NCBI RefSeq assembly: GCF_006345805.1
Contig: NC_043003.1
Span: forward strand, 6,572,001 to 6,636,000
Length of the DNA stretch: 64,000 bases
Direction of reading: 5' to 3'
Source of the DNA: Octopus sinensis
Taxonomy: Eukaryota
Shown: positions 26,692 to 41,059 of the stretch, one piece after another
How positions within the stretch are numbered: the stretch's first letter is position 1
Layout: each line of letters opens with the position of its first letter
Notes under the pieces: generated by a model
What the model saw: only the letters and a program-made list of their open reading frames with translations
What the model was told of the DNA's origin: nothing
Database searches by the model: none
Translations under genes and position numbers: made by a program

Positions 26692-28240
26692 ATGATCATT
26701 ATCATGATGGCTGTTTACTTGTCACCGAAGACCATCATTGACCATTGCACATGCAAAATGCGTGCATGTGTATGTATGTATGATATATATATATTATATG
26801 TGTGTGGTGATACATATATATACATATATATATGTATATATATATATATTATAATATATATATCTATATATATATATATATATCTATATATATATATACA
26901 TATATAAATGTATATATATACATATTGATTTTAATACGGCCATACATCCTCGCAAGTACATTTATGTATTTATATATCATATCTGGTGTATATGAATGCA
27001 CCTATGTATGCTGTGGAGTATTCCAGTGATTTGATATATATTACGTGAATATGAACACTGACCTTTGACATTTGTTCTCCCTACTTGCCTATATAATATA
27101 TATATATATATATGCACACACACACATGTAAGTGTGTGTTTGTATGTGTGTGCGTGCGTGCCTTTTTGTGAGTATGTATGTATAATATATATGTGTATAT
27201 ATTATGTGTATGTATGCACACACGCATGAATGTATGTAAGCATGTAAGTATGTATGTATGTATGTATGTTGTATGTATGTATGTATGTGTGTGTGTGTAT
27301 GTATGTATGTATGTATGTATGTGTGGTGTGTGTATGTAGTATGTATGTATGTATGTATGTGTGTGTGTATGTATGTATGTATGTGTGTGTGTGTATGTAT
27401 GTATGTATGTATGAGAGTGCGTGTGTGTGTGTGTGTGTGATTGTCTGTGTACGCATGTGTGTGAGTGCTCTCGTGCGTATCTATGTATGAGTTAAAATTA
27501 GTAATTTTTTTTTTCCAAAGTGAACAAAGCGCGGGAAAGCCGTCTGACTCACGTCTGCTATTGATTGCGGTAAGCGGCCGACCGAATACGTTTCTATTGT
27601 GTTGAGGGAGTTTGCATGATAGTTCACTGAACTGAGACAAATGTCAATATTGATTGTAATACACCCACCCTTTTTTTTTTTTACTATGACTATGGGTGGA
27701 GGGGCCGAATGGTGTACCGTAGTGTTGATGCTGTTGGTGGGGGTAGTGGCGATCCTGGATGTCGTGGTATTGGTGGTGGTGGTCGTGGTAGTCGCAGTGT
27801 TGATATTGTTGTTTAACCAAAGGTCGGCTTAACATAGCAGACCTTTATGATCAAAGGCATTCCAACCGTGATCACCCCCATCAATTATTCAGTATGCCAA
27901 GGAGAAGATTAATTAATACATCCTTCAAACAGTAAGATATTTGGAGGCGGTTTGGCTTCTGTTTCTAGCAAGCCGAAAAATTGCAAAGGCAGCTTTCTGT
28001 GTTGTTGCTGTTGGTGAAGGGGAAGGGGTTCAGTGTGAGGTGGTGACGTCGCTGGACATATACGGGCCTAATTAATCATCCTCACCCTCATTAATATCCT
28101 TCTCCCACCACCACCACCACCACCAACACGAGTGTCAGCACTCTAACTTCTTCACCCTCCATCTCTTCCTCCTCTTCCTCCTCATCATCATCACCAATAC
28201 CATCATCACTACAACTACCACCCATCACTACCACTTTTAT

Positions 28241-28282
<42 letters not shown>

Positions 28283-28292
28283 GTAGTAGTAG

Positions 28293-29861
28293 TATTCTGC
28301 TCAATACCACAGATTTGCTTGTCAGTTGTTTGACCTTAACCAGTTGAGCATGTCCCTTAGTGGCTGACGATAAGGGCTTCTCTAATCACGAGCAGAAGTA
28401 GTGGGGGAGCATCATAGCCATGTGTTGAGAGGGATTCTTTAGGGTTTGAATAATTCACCTTTGGAAACATGGGTGGTTCGTCCAACATCCTTAAACAATC
28501 CTTATTCAGGGAGCTTTTGAGCGGGATGGGTCACTCGACCAGAAGAAAATTCTAACTGGGCCCCACCTGCAAGGTCATGCGCTGTTTATTTTGATATGAG
28601 ATCACCATGTCGCGCACATATGGTTGTGATGCGTGTGCCTGGTGTACCCTTATCAGACGGGTAGTCATGATGGGTAAACTGGGTTTCGTATATTTTACCC
28701 CAGTGTCACTTTGCTGACTTGCACTGCTCTCTCACTCAATGATAATAATATCAGAGCTTATTGACCCGGAACTATCAAGCCAATGTGATGAAAAATGGTG
28801 TGGACCCAAAGCGCCGATACTGCAAAGATGGAATTGAAACAGTCAACCACCTAATCTCTGGGTGTAAGGTTTTAGTACCTGCAGAGTATAAATCAAGACA
28901 TGTCAGAGTTGGCCAATATCTACATTGGATAACGTGTCGGCTTTATAAAATCAAAACTGCTGACAAATGGTACAAGCACCACCCTGAGGCTCAATAGCAG
29001 ATTTGCTTGCCAGTTGTTTGACCTTAAACAGTTGAACACGTCCCTTAATGACTGGCGATATATGCATCTCTGATCACGAGCAGAAGTAGTGGGGGAGCAT
29101 CATAGCCGTGTGTTCAGAAGAATTCTTTGGGGTTTGAATAATCCACCTCTGGAAACATGGGTGTTTTGTTCAACATCCTTAAGCAACCTTAATCAGGGAC
29201 CCTTTTAAGTGGGATGGGGTACTAAACCTGAAGAAAATTGTGACTGGGCCCCACCTGCAAGGTCACAAGCTGTTTATCTTGATATGGGATCGCCGTGTCG
29301 CGCACATATAGTTATGACAAGAGTTGTCATGATGGGAATACTTCTACCCCAATATTTCTACCCTAATGTCACTTTGATGGCATGCGCTGCTCGCTCACTC
29401 AGATATGGTGATCTCATATCAAGATAAACAGCACATGACCTTGCAGGTGGGACCCAGTTAGAATTTTCTTCTGGTCGAGTAGCCCATCCTGCTCAAAAGG
29501 TCCCTGAATAAGGGTTGTTTAAGGATGTTGAACGAACCACCCATGTTCCCAAAGGTGAATTATCCAAACCTCTAAGAATTCCTTTCAACACACGGCTATG
29601 ATGCTCGACCACTACTTCTGCTCGTGATCAGAGATGCACATATCGTCAGCCACAAAGGGACATGCTCAACTGGTTAAGGTCAAACAACTGACAAGCAAAT
29701 CTGTGGTATTGAGCAGAATATTTGCTGTAGCTCACCTTTTTATGCCAAAACAAAACATATATTGATGATGACACTTTGAATCAGATAAGATCGGAAGCCA
29801 TGGGAGCCACTACTTCATATTGCATCAGGGAACGTTATTACTATGATTGTTATTATTATGA

Positions 29862-29935
<74 letters not shown>

Positions 29936-30435
29936 GAGTGAGAGAGCAGTGCATGCCACCAAAGTGGCACTGGGGTAAAATATACGAAGCCCGGTATACC
30001 CATCATGACTACCCGTCTTATAAGGGTACACCAGGCACATGCATCACAACTATATTTGCGCGACATGGTGATCTCATGTCAATATAAACAGCGCATGACC
30101 TTGCAGGTGGGACCCAGTTAGAATTTTCTTCTGGTCGAGTAGCCCATCCTGCTCAAAAGGTCCCTGAATAAGGGTTGTTTAAGGATGTTGAACGAACCAC
30201 CCATGTTCCCAAAGGTGAATTATCCAAACCTCTAAGAATTCCTTTCAACACACGGCTATGATGCTCCCCCACTACTTCTGCTCGTGATCAGAGATGCACA
30301 TATCGTCAGCCACTAAGGGACATGCTCAACTGGTTAAGGTCAAACAACTGACAAGCAAATCTGTGGTATTGAGCAGAATAGTTGCTGTTGTCCATCTTTT
30401 ATACCAAGACAAAACAATGTACATGATAACACTTC
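28293..30435. repeat. Cluster of four copies of a ~450-bp (TAA)n-tailed repeat (two on +, two on -), probably a LINE 3' UTR
   Basis: Copies at about 28293-28740 (+), 28989-29400 (+), 29402-29800 (-) and 29935-30435 (-) share CAGATTTGCTTGTCAGTTGTTTGACCTTAA...GATCACGAGCAGAAGTAGTGG...CCCACCTGCAAGGTCA. Confidence 0.9.
28752..28990 (+). mobile_element. RLE-type LINE zinc-knuckle fragment
   Basis: YCKDGIETVNHLISGCKVLVPAEYKSRHVRVGQYLHW...KWYKHHPE. Confidence 0.85.
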
Positions 30436-31011
30436 TAACGGTTTTTGTATGTTTCTTAAAAAGCTTATAAACACCTACGCTGCAATTGTTTTCGTTCCAG
30501 CACACGATTTCAGATCAGGTCACTTGCTATTCAAATAATTATTATTATTATATGAAAACTCACCATCATCATCATCCTTACCCTCCACATCATCATAGTT
30601 TTATTGTGGTTGCAGCAGCATGTTCCCTTCGAGTCACTCGTAAGTTTTGCTATATTTTAACCGTTTTTTCAAAGATTTCCATTCAAAGATTTTGCTCGGG
30701 GCGTCCCATAACAACCTAAGGATTGTGGGGACCTGCTAGTCTCCGCTGCATTTTCGTCGTTCGGGGCAAAGTTTGTGGTGACATTCCCTGCAGAAGATGT
30801 GTCCAAAAGGCACTCCACAACAGCCCGAAATTATGATAAACTAGTTCTCATACCGATCTGCTTTGGCAGTTAAAATAAAGGTCACCGACGTGACCCCAGA
30901 AATAAATATCTGCTGTGTTGACATGGAGAGCGAAACTAACGCTGCTGATGCTGAGACTGCAGGAGCAAAATTGGTCGGGCCACCAAGGGATGGATCTACA
31001 ACAGCGACGGC

Positions 31012-31395
31012 TGTGGAGGCGCAATGGCCCAGTGGTTAGGACAGCGGACTCGCGGTCGGAGGATCGTGGTTTCGATTCCCAGACCGGGCGTTGTGTGTGT
31101 TTATTGAGCGAAAACACCTAAAGCTCCACGAGGCTCCGACAGGGGGTGGTGGAGACCCCTGTTGTACTCTTTCACCCCAACTTTCTCTCACTTTTTCTTC
31201 CTATTTCTTGTCCCCGACTTCCTACGCAACCGCTGAGCCTGGATGCACATTCATCCATCCGTCGATGCTCTCGGTGTCGGGGGTTGACCTGCTTTCTCTT
31301 CTGCGGATCTTACGAATAGCAAAGGACCACGTTTCGGACTTATCCCACTACAGGACGAAGACCGACCGCTTTGCTCAACAAACAAACAAACAAAC
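31012..31395 (+). mobile_element. SINE family B with tail type 3 and (AAAC)n
   Basis: Same head and core as 18967-18780, with a different 3' tail. Confidence 0.9.
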
Positions 31396-31871
31396 AGCCA
31401 CAGCAACACCAAAGCCAGAACACAGTCGTGATTTTAATCTCTCTCTCCCCCCTCTCTCTCTCTCCTTCACACACACACACACACACTCATTATCTGATCT
31501 GTGTTTATCAATGCTGTACGCATTCATTCTGGTGACATGCCGCAACTTATAAGCGACCATCAGACGTAGCGCAACCACTACCATTGTCACCATAACGACC
31601 ACCACCACCACCTGCATAACTATTATTCGCTACCCACCGACATACCTCTCACACGAGACCCCATTATTTTCACAACAATAGATATAATAAATGCCCCAAC
31701 AGATGGTGCAAGTTGCGTGTCACGTGGTATACCATCCTCTGTGCCCCCACTTAATCAGTGTGTTGTGAGGGATAATAGAACGACATTAATTGAATTGATG
31801 AAGGGGTTAATTGATGGGGTGGAACGTATTAATTAACTGTTGGTATGACGAGATGGTGGTGGCGTGGCTAG

Positions 31872-32120
31872 GGCAGACGAAATACTTATTTCTTTACTAC
31901 CCACAAGGGGCTAAACATAGAGGGGACAAACAAAGACAGACAAAAGGATTAAGTCGATTATATCGACCCCAGTGCGTAACTGGTACTTAATTTATCGACC
32001 CAGAAAGGATGAAAGGCAATGTTGACCTCGGCGGAATTTGAACTCAGAACGTAGCAGCAGACGAAATACCGCTAAGCATTTCGTCCGGCGTGCTAACGGT
32101 TCTACCAGCACGCCGCCTTA
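31872..32120 (-). mobile_element. SINE family A with the start of a second tandem unit
   Basis: The tail continues on - into TATTTCGTCTGCC, the same junction as in the dimers. Confidence 0.88.
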
Positions 32121-32491
32121 TTGGGGAGACAGTACCATAAACAGTACCACACCAGCCCCGTATCATAAATCTGTAACATCCACAGTGTTTAGCTCTTAGT
32201 CAAGGATACTTCCGTCATTTATTATTGACAGAAGTATCACGAAGTCGTATATCTTGACCTACGATATACCTCAGTCCATTTATATATCTAAGACTGAGGT
32301 AGCTCTGAGTCATACATCTTGGTCTGTATCCTTTCCCCCGGTCATATATATTCACCTCAGTAGAGAGAATAGGATCTGTGTCGTGTCCTGTTTTGTGACA
32401 GTTTTGTTATAACTTTGTTTATGGCATTTACCATGTAACTATGCAACCACGTCTCCATGCGTCTAACTGTGCAGCTATGTACTATACACAC

Positions 32492-32525
<34 letters not shown>

Positions 32526-32527
<2 letters not shown>

Positions 32528-32761
32528 CCTATTTCTTTACTACCCACAAGGGGCTAAACACAGAGGGGACAAACAAGGACAGACAAAGGGATTAAGTCGA
32601 TTATATCGACCCCAGTGCGTAACTGGTACTTAATTTACCGACCCCGAAAGGATGAAGGACAAAGTCGACCTCGGCGGAATTTGAACTTAGAACGTAACGG
32701 CAGGCGAAATACGGCTACGCATTTCGCCCGCCGTGCTAACGTTTATACCAGCTCGTCGCCT
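32526..32761 (-). mobile_element. SINE family A
   Basis: Full match to the family. Confidence 0.9.
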
Positions 32762-33479
32762 TTATGGAAAAGGTTATATACACATGTATATATATACACC
32801 ATATAGATATATAACAGTGCTCATACGTATGTACTATGTTCTATACACATGTTCTATGTAGCTTTGTGCTATACACAAATACTATGAAGCTACTATACAC
32901 GTGTACTATATATTTATATACTAAACACATCTGCTACGTAACCACTCTACACACACTGTGCCACTATGTAGTAAACATGTCATGTATATTGCTTTATAGC
33001 TATGTACAACATGCATACATATATACACATACATACACAAGAGGAATAGAGTGAATGGGTGAAGGTGTGTGTCGTGATGATTGACGTATTTAAAAATTTT
33101 TACGATAGTTGATTTATGGAAAAGGTTATGTTAAACTTTTGAAATGCAAATATTTGAATGAAAATTAAGTTTAATCTCTAGCCAAAATAGTGCTGAATCT
33201 TTTGATACACCATAAGTCAAAATCTCTAACTCGGTTTTGGAAAGCATAAAGAATATATAATATCAATGAGGCAGACCTCTACATGGTAGCTAGACCTGGT
33301 AGAAATAGCAGCCAAATCTCCCTCAAAACACCCTACTATCTTAATCCGACAATTCTGCCTATTATGTAGTTTGAATGAGAAACTGTAACTAAAAATTAAG
33401 ATTATTAACTTCACAGAGAGAGGAAAGAAGAGAGACAGCATAGCGACGGTTTGGGCTGACTGTCATCCTGCACTCCCCT

Positions 33480-33720
33480 TGTTGCCGGCTGTCTGAGCAA
33501 CTGGTTGTTTTAATGGCGGAACAAACAGGACATTAAAGATTACAAAAATGGCGATTCTCACTTTGAAACTAACGATTTTGAAAATCTTTTTAAATTACGG
33601 AACTCCCAGCTCTCCCATGTATCCATGTTTAAAATTTCAGTGCGATCGTATGAACAATATTCGAGTTACAAGCGCACAAACAGACAGACGGAAGGACGGA
33701 ACGGATTTTATATATTAAGA
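33480..33720 (-). mobile_element. Non-autonomous Helitron 5'-end fragment
   Basis: On -, A|TCTTAATATATAAAATCC...GTCTGTCTGTTTG. Same terminal architecture as 40900-41059. Left boundary approximate. Confidence 0.55.
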
Positions 33721-34547
33721 TATATACATAAATATATACACGCACACATACATATGGCCTATACAGTTATCTACTCTATATATACTATACATGTATAGTA
33801 GATAGCTATATACAACGCTAGTGCATGTATATAGCACATTGTTACAGGTTCCTATGAAGCTGCCTTATGGGGAAGAATTGTATAAGTGCTATGTTTGTGT
33901 GTACGTACACACACATACTCATAGACACACGGGCACACACACATACTCACACACACACATAACACTAGTATATATGAATCTCTGTAGTATTCACATATAC
34001 AATGTTCTCTATGGTTTAGTAAAGGGATGTTGATGTATTAATGATTCCGGTGCGTTGATCACAATAAGCAGGTGAAAATTATGAGTCAGAAGCCATAAAG
34101 CGATTCATCATAAACAATATATTGTGCTGCTTCATAACTGTAAAACTTTGCACACTTATTGATTGATCAGACAGATTCACAACAACAATGTATCGATCAC
34201 ATATCGGTTTCTAGTAGAGACACATAAAAGGCATTTGTTGGTTTATTTTGGCTATGCATTCATGCGATTTGCAGGGCAGTTGTGAGTAAAATTATTTGAG
34301 AAAGACTCATCGGCGCCCCTACAGCTAACCCTGACCCACCTCCACGCTATCAAAGGGGAAAGACCTCACTCGATAAGCCCTGGAATCTGTGTTGTTCTAG
34401 AAGGTGTGACAAATGCAACCAGGAAACTTACCCGATCTTCTAACAGTACTTTCGATCCAGCCACCTGGATTAGGGTACTTTATGTACCCCAAAAGAATGA
34501 ATGGCAAGGATTGGACTTGTGTTTGCGCGTGTGTATGTGTGTGTGAA

Positions 34548-34619
<72 letters not shown>

Positions 34620-34761
34620 GGCGGCGAGCTGGCAGAAACGTTTGCACGGCGGTATATATATATTTCTTGTAGGTGTATATATATTTCTTTTTATGTGTGT
34701 GTATGTATGTATATATAAATATATATATTTACATATATCTATAGGTGTATACATACATATA

Positions 34762-34912
<151 letters not shown>

Positions 34913-35049
34913 CAAACATATATATACATACATGTATACTTGTATACACATGTACACAAACTATGGGATTCGCACAGTTTCCATTTCTCTAGTCCATTCA
35001 CCAGTCATGTTTCAACAATTATTGTATTAGTTTAATGCTGAAAAAGTAG

Positions 35050-35085
35050 TCTTAACGTTTCGGATACCAGTCTTTCATCAGAAGA
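35050..35085 (-). ncRNA. Minimal hammerhead ribozyme motif (stem II decayed)
   Basis: On -: TCTT-CTGATGA-aagactggtatcc-GAAAC-GTT-AAGA, with a palindromic AACGTT stem III. Confidence 0.55.
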
Positions 35086-35400
35086 AATGTATAGAAGAGA
35101 CATAGAGAAGTGCGAAATAGGAAAGTAGTTGAGAGCAGAAAAAAGGGGGAGTGGTTAGGGGCCAGGTAGGAATAGGGTGGAGGTTAATATATTTGATATT
35201 AACTCAAGTAATAAGTATGGCTCGAGTCAGTCACAGTCAAGCACACCTAATATTAAAGGCGACGTTCCATCCGTGCGCATCACATTTTATTTTCAGACAT
35301 GTGCCTTTTTGTCAAAAGCAGTTATGGTTGAGAGATTTAGCTGGCTGCTATTTCCAGCAAATTATGTCCACATAACAGATTCTTCCTTACTTGTGTGTGT

Positions 35401-35436
<36 letters not shown>

Positions 35437-35938
35437 TGTGTGTGTGTGTGTGTTTTGTGAGTGTGTGTATATGTATCATGCCTCTGTGAATCTGAGTATG
35501 TGTATATACTTGTGTGGGTTCGTTTGTCCATATGTCCGTGTGAGTCACTTTGTGTGTGTATGTATGTGTGTCTGCATATGTGTGTGCCTGTGTATATCGT
35601 TGTCTGTACGTTTGTGTGTATATAAATGTGTGTGTGTTTGTGTGTGTACCTGCCTCTATACTTGTTTACGTCTGCGTGTGTATGTCTACTGCTTGTGTTC
35701 ATGAGTGTGTATGCACGCGCACGCGCGCGTGTGTATGTCTGCGTGTCCCGGCTATGTAACCAGTGTCCAGTGTTATGTAGGTCAAGTTGTGATGCTATAA
35801 TTGACCGCAGTCCTTGCCCAGTTCCTGCTATGGTGGCAGTAAGATTAGTCACCTCAAGGAGGAGTGGACACAGAATGGAGTGGGAGCAGTGAAATCTTCC
35901 TACAGAATAACCACACACACCTACTTAAGCACATAGGT

Positions 35939-35983
<45 letters not shown>

Positions 35984-36247
35984 TTAGGTAATGTGGTCGT
36001 TGAGACAGTACTGACCAGCAGCTGAATGACCGCAGAACAATTAGTTGTATGCACAGACATATCATAAAACGAGTCATTCTGGCTTTGTTTCACTACACGC
36101 CACCTTCTACAAGTGTTTTCTGCTAGAGCCTCATGTCTGACCAATGTCTCATAGGGTGAATACGGTGAATGGAAACTGTGTGGAAACTCGCCATATATAT
36201 ATATACGCGTGTGTGTGAGAAAGAGTGTGTATTTGTATGTATGAGTG

Positions 36248-36278
<31 letters not shown>

Positions 36279-36388
36279 GTATTTGTAAAAAATGAAGTTC
36301 GAAAATGCTGCTGTATTATACAATTTTTAATTTTTATATATACAATATATATGTCAATATATATATATATATTTACCAATATATATCA

Positions 36389-36419
<31 letters not shown>

Positions 36420-36454
36420 CTATATATATATATAATATATATATATTGTATATA

Positions 36455-36491
<37 letters not shown>

Positions 36492-36647
36492 AATATATAT
36501 ATATATATATATATATTGATATATATTGGTAAAAACGGTACGATAACAAAAGAAAGAAAGAGACCTCAATATTATGTAATAGAGGAATTTATCTGTAAAT
36601 ATAGGTTTTATCTTGGCTAGCGAATAATTGTCACATATTATATATAT

Positions 36648-36695
<48 letters not shown>

Positions 36696-36696
<1 letters not shown>

Positions 36697-36729
36697 TAGC
36701 AGAGACTTTTCTGTTATATATATATGGAT

Positions 36730-36761
<32 letters not shown>

Positions 36762-39700
36762 GTATATTAATATAAATACATGAAAGTATATGAAGTTTGT
36801 TAAAAAAAAAGGGGATCATGTGTATACCTCCTGGCTGTTGAGATTATAACACCTCGTTGTAAACAATGTTCCTTGTTTTTCCTTGTGGAGCATATACAAA
36901 AAGGTTTCTTTTGGTTCCTACTCTTGAGCAGCCAACATACAGTTGCCCATGCGAGAAGCAGGGCTCTTCCAAGAGAAGACCAGCTACAGAGAGGGTTTGA
37001 CCCTGAGATTTGTTAATGGACATGGCAAAGCTGACACGAAGGGGGAATTGCAGTCTTCTGAATTTAAATGGAATTTCTGCTCCTGATGGAGTAAGAGGAA
37101 ATCTTGGAATAAAGACGTCATCACCTTTTCCACATCCAGAAAAAATGATCGCCTTGATAACGTGTGACATCATTTTCTTTATCACCAGTCGTGTTCCATT
37201 GCAAAGTCTTGGTGGTTCCAGATTGCGGAGTAGCATTACAGGAGTTCCAACTTTAAGTGCTAATGTGTGGAGGTAATCCAGGAGGCTCCAGTGAATTGAG
37301 AAATTCAGGAGGATAGTTCAGAACTTCATTTATATCTGGAATTGTATCAACAGACTTGTAAATGTGTATAGTGCCGGGAAGAGAATGCATTAGCTGTTGA
37401 TTAATTTTGTTAACAGCGACGTTTTTTGGAGCTAATATTGCTCTTTCACACAGCCAATTGTGATTTTGGTAGTTTTGTGTGAAGTTGGGAAATACTTTGT
37501 TTTTGAGGTCATCTACAGAATTAACAACAGAGGAAAATGACCACACTTCCATTTGTCCTGCAGCATCGAGAGGCATCTTACCTTCACCAAGTGTCAAAAT
37601 GCCCTGTGCAAACTTTGTGGACATTTTGTCACCGTGTAGCTGAGCTCTCATGTTAGTGGTGAGACTGAGGATTGTAACATGATGCCACAGGGTAGAGGAC
37701 TTCATCTGCTCTAGTGCCTTTCGGAATGACAGGAAGAGTTTGCCTGAAATCACCTGACAACAGAAGCGTTACACCTCCCATTGGAGCCTGACAGTCTCGG
37801 ATATCTTTCAGGGCTCTATCTAATGCTTCCAAAGTTCCCTTGTGAGCCATAGTGCACTCATCCCAGACAATTAGATGACACATTTTAAGTACTTGTCCCT
37901 GATCTGAGCTTTTGTTGATGTTGCATGAAGGCATTTCGAATGCTGCTAAATTGAGAGGGAGTTTAATAGGTTGAGTGTGCTGTCCTGCCACCGGGTAACA
38001 AAGTAGCTGCAATGCCAGAGGAGGCTACAGCTACTGCAATGTCCTGATGCTGCCTAACTTCTGCAAGGAGAAGCTTTGTAATAAATGTTTTTCCTGTCCC
38101 TCCAGGAGCATCGAGGAAGAAGATTCGTCCCTCGCGTTGGTGTACACTGTTAAGAATAGTTCTGTAGGCCTGCAGCTGGTCTGGAAGTAATTTAGGCTCA
38201 TTTTCAACAATGTACTTTGAAAGCGCTTGAGTGCCGTAGGTTGTTTCACGAATGACAGCAGTGGGAAGGATATTTGACTCTCACCTGAATGCTTGTGGCA
38301 GGCCATACTTCGACAATTCCTTTCCACCCAGTTTAGCAATTCTGTCTTCAATGTCAATGAGTGTTTTGTTATAAATTTCATTGCTGATACCCTCCATGTC
38401 AGGATAGAGCAGTTGAGCTTGGCACTGAAAGTCTTCAGCCAGGTTGTCTCTATATTTGAGCCATAGAGTGGCCGGATCACACAGTTCGCATGCCCGTAGT
38501 AATACTGCAAATAGTTCCCTGAGACTTTTAGGTCATTGTGATAAAGCAGCCTCTCCTAAAGTTGCATCCTATTGTGCACCATCTTCTAACAGACCTTGTC
38601 GATATCAGGCTTCTCTGTATGTTGTGCAGACATGTCCATGAACGGTTTTTAGGGCCTGGAAAGACGTTGGCCCTCTGACCTCATGCAGTAGTAGACGAAG
38701 GTAGAAGCACTCTTGTTGAGTGGGATGCACTCTGTATACTCGCCCAAGGTAAGTGTGAAACTTAATGTCAGGAATCCATGAACATTTTGACCTGCTTTCC
38801 GTGGGGCCCATTTTTTTCCATTCCAAGTGTAGTACGATGGAATCTGTAGATGTGGATACAGCAAGGTTTGAGCGAATGGATCCACTTGACAAAGCTTGAA
38901 GAATGCAGTGAGTGTGCTATCCCTTGGTTCCTCTGCCAACAGAGAAGCATTAGCATCGGTGAAGTACAATCTTTGACCATTTTTCAGGTGCACTGCAAGC
39001 TGTTGAATGGCGGGGTGTCGTTGGTGAATTGGAAAGCCAAAGATGCGCCAGAAAGCTTCGTTGCTACTTATGTACCGTCCCACCTGATAATGCGTCACCT
39101 CATCCTGGCAGTATTCTTGTTGAAGTCCAAACGTTGCAGCGTCAGAACCCTTGTTTACATATTTGCAAACGTACTTAATGGATTTAACGGAGTTGCAAAA
39201 CTCAACGTTGATGTGGGCATTGAAAGTCTTTGACAAGAGTGGGCAGTATGGAACAATCCATCTATTATCAATATCGTGCTGTCCGATAGTTGCTGTGAAA
39301 CCTCCGTCTTCTGGTTTTCTGCGTCTGTATGATGGATACCCATCAGCACCTGTCTGAGTTTCTTGTAGGAACCTCCTTGGAAATCTTTTTGAACATGTGC
39401 TGTCCTTCAAGCATGGTATGTTTATGTTGAATCCACGCCGACATGGACCATGTATCATGTTTGCTTTAACTATTTCGTATAGTTCTTTGTCTAAAGATGG
39501 ATCAGGAAGCTCTGCAGAGATTATGTTGTCGATGTCATTGGAATTGATCTTCGCTGAGAGCCAAAGCAGGATATAAGCATGTGGAAGGCCCCTTTTTTGC
39601 CACTCGATTGTGTACATGTTACATTGTATGAGCCCAAAGACTTGTCCATTTTGTATGAGCTCCATGAGAGAGATTAACTTCAGATGGAAAACTCGGGCGT

Positions 39701-41004
39701 TGAGATTCCGGTTCGAATGTAAGGCAGGTTTGAAAGTGTTCCCAACAGTTATTAGTTGTAGTGGTAGAGTGTTTATGCCTAATATGTACATATGCATGTA
39801 TATATATGTATGTATACATGTATGTATATGTATGTATGCCTGTATATATGTACAAAATCCACTGAGATGGCTTTTGTTGGTCTGAGGTTACAGCAGAAGA
39901 CACATGCCAAGTCACCACACAGTGGGACTGAACCCAAGACCATATGTTTGGAACGTAGTTTGTTACCACACAGCCACACCTGCCCCTATTTATGTGTGTG
40001 TGTGTGTGTGCGTTTGTGTGTATGGGTAGATATATTATGCATGTATATATGTGTATATATATATGTGTACATATTACATGTACATCTATATATAGACATC
40101 TACACATAAAATACAAAATACAAAGTTATATCTTGATATCGCTAGTAATAACAATACTCAAAATATATAACAGACTGAAATTGTAGGCCCGTCTCTTGCA
40201 ATTTCGATCAATTAGATCTTGTCTTCCCTCTTGTATAGAAGTGTACGGCTGCAGCGAAATTCATTTTTGGACTTTCTTCTATCGAAGACATTTTAACAAA
40301 AATGCTTCCATAAAGACGGTGAAAATATTGTCACTTTCCCCAAACAGGGACACAATTCAATTTTTAAACAATAACCAAAGCCCCTTCTCCGAAAGGGGGA
40401 GGGTTACGGTTTACAATTATTTAACAAATGCAACACAACAACGTTTCCCTCACGAGGAGCCAACAAACGTGATTACAATAGTCAAACAGTAATAATAATA
40501 ACAACAAACCTTTTTTATTTATCCCCATTTATGTGGAACCACTTATTCAAGTTCAAGTCATTGATGCAATTTTATACGAATTGCTAATACACACACACAC
40601 ACACACCACACACACACACACACACACATAATAAGGGTGAAAAATTGAATATTAATTTGATTAATATGAATTGAAAACCAGTGGTGTAGTATACAAGACC
40701 ATAGCGGATCTTCTTCTAACAAAATGGATGACCACTTGTTAATGGTTCATCCCTGTTATATAATACTTTCACTTTAATAGTTTTAGTATTAAAATGAAAG
40801 TGTCTGCATTACAATAGAGAGATGTTTTTGTTTCACTTTTAACACTTAATACTGAAATAGTGGAGAAGATATGATATTGCTGTGGGGTCGCCCTAGGGAA
40901 AAAGTTAAGATTTTTTTGCCGATGACACTCCCCGGACCTTAAATAAGGCATGTGTAAAATTTGAATGAAATTGGTTGTGTAGTTCTCAAGTTTTAGGGAA
41001 ACAC

Positions 41005-41035
<31 letters not shown>

Positions 41036-41059
41036 TTCTCAGTTTTATATATATAGAGA
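36696..41059 (-). mobile_element. Helitron (decayed autonomous type) with candidate 5' TC and 3' CTAG termini
   Basis: On -, A|TCTCTATATATATAAAACTG... begins at 41059, followed by (TGTC)n, like a Helitron 5' end. CTAG|T at 36696-36699 abuts (TA)n. Rep and helicase coding remnants lie between. The 3' hairpin is not evident, and a SINE and microsatellite interrupt the element near 39780-40110, so the 5' part may belong to a separate element. Confidence 0.75.
36844..39765 (-). pseudogene. Helitron RepHel (HUH Rep + PIF1 helicase), broken by frameshifts and stops
   Basis: Rep motifs: YTIEWQKRGLPHAYILLW, MIHGPC, CSKRFP, YPSYRRR, DNRWIVPY, HINVE, KYVCKYVNKG. PIF1 motifs: FLDAPGGTGKTF (about 38085-38120), DECTM, GDFRQTLPV, AILAPKN, LCNGTRL, QFPLRVSFAMSINKSQGQTL, FSHGQLYVGCSRV. 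They are spread over several frames. Confidence 0.95.

Noticed and set aside
31012-31090. tRNA genes at SINE heads
   Set aside because: A and B boxes are present but continue into SINE bodies, with no complete acceptor stem.
36844-38120. Host PIF1 helicase gene
   Set aside because: Intronless, frameshifted and contiguous with a Helitron Rep domain.
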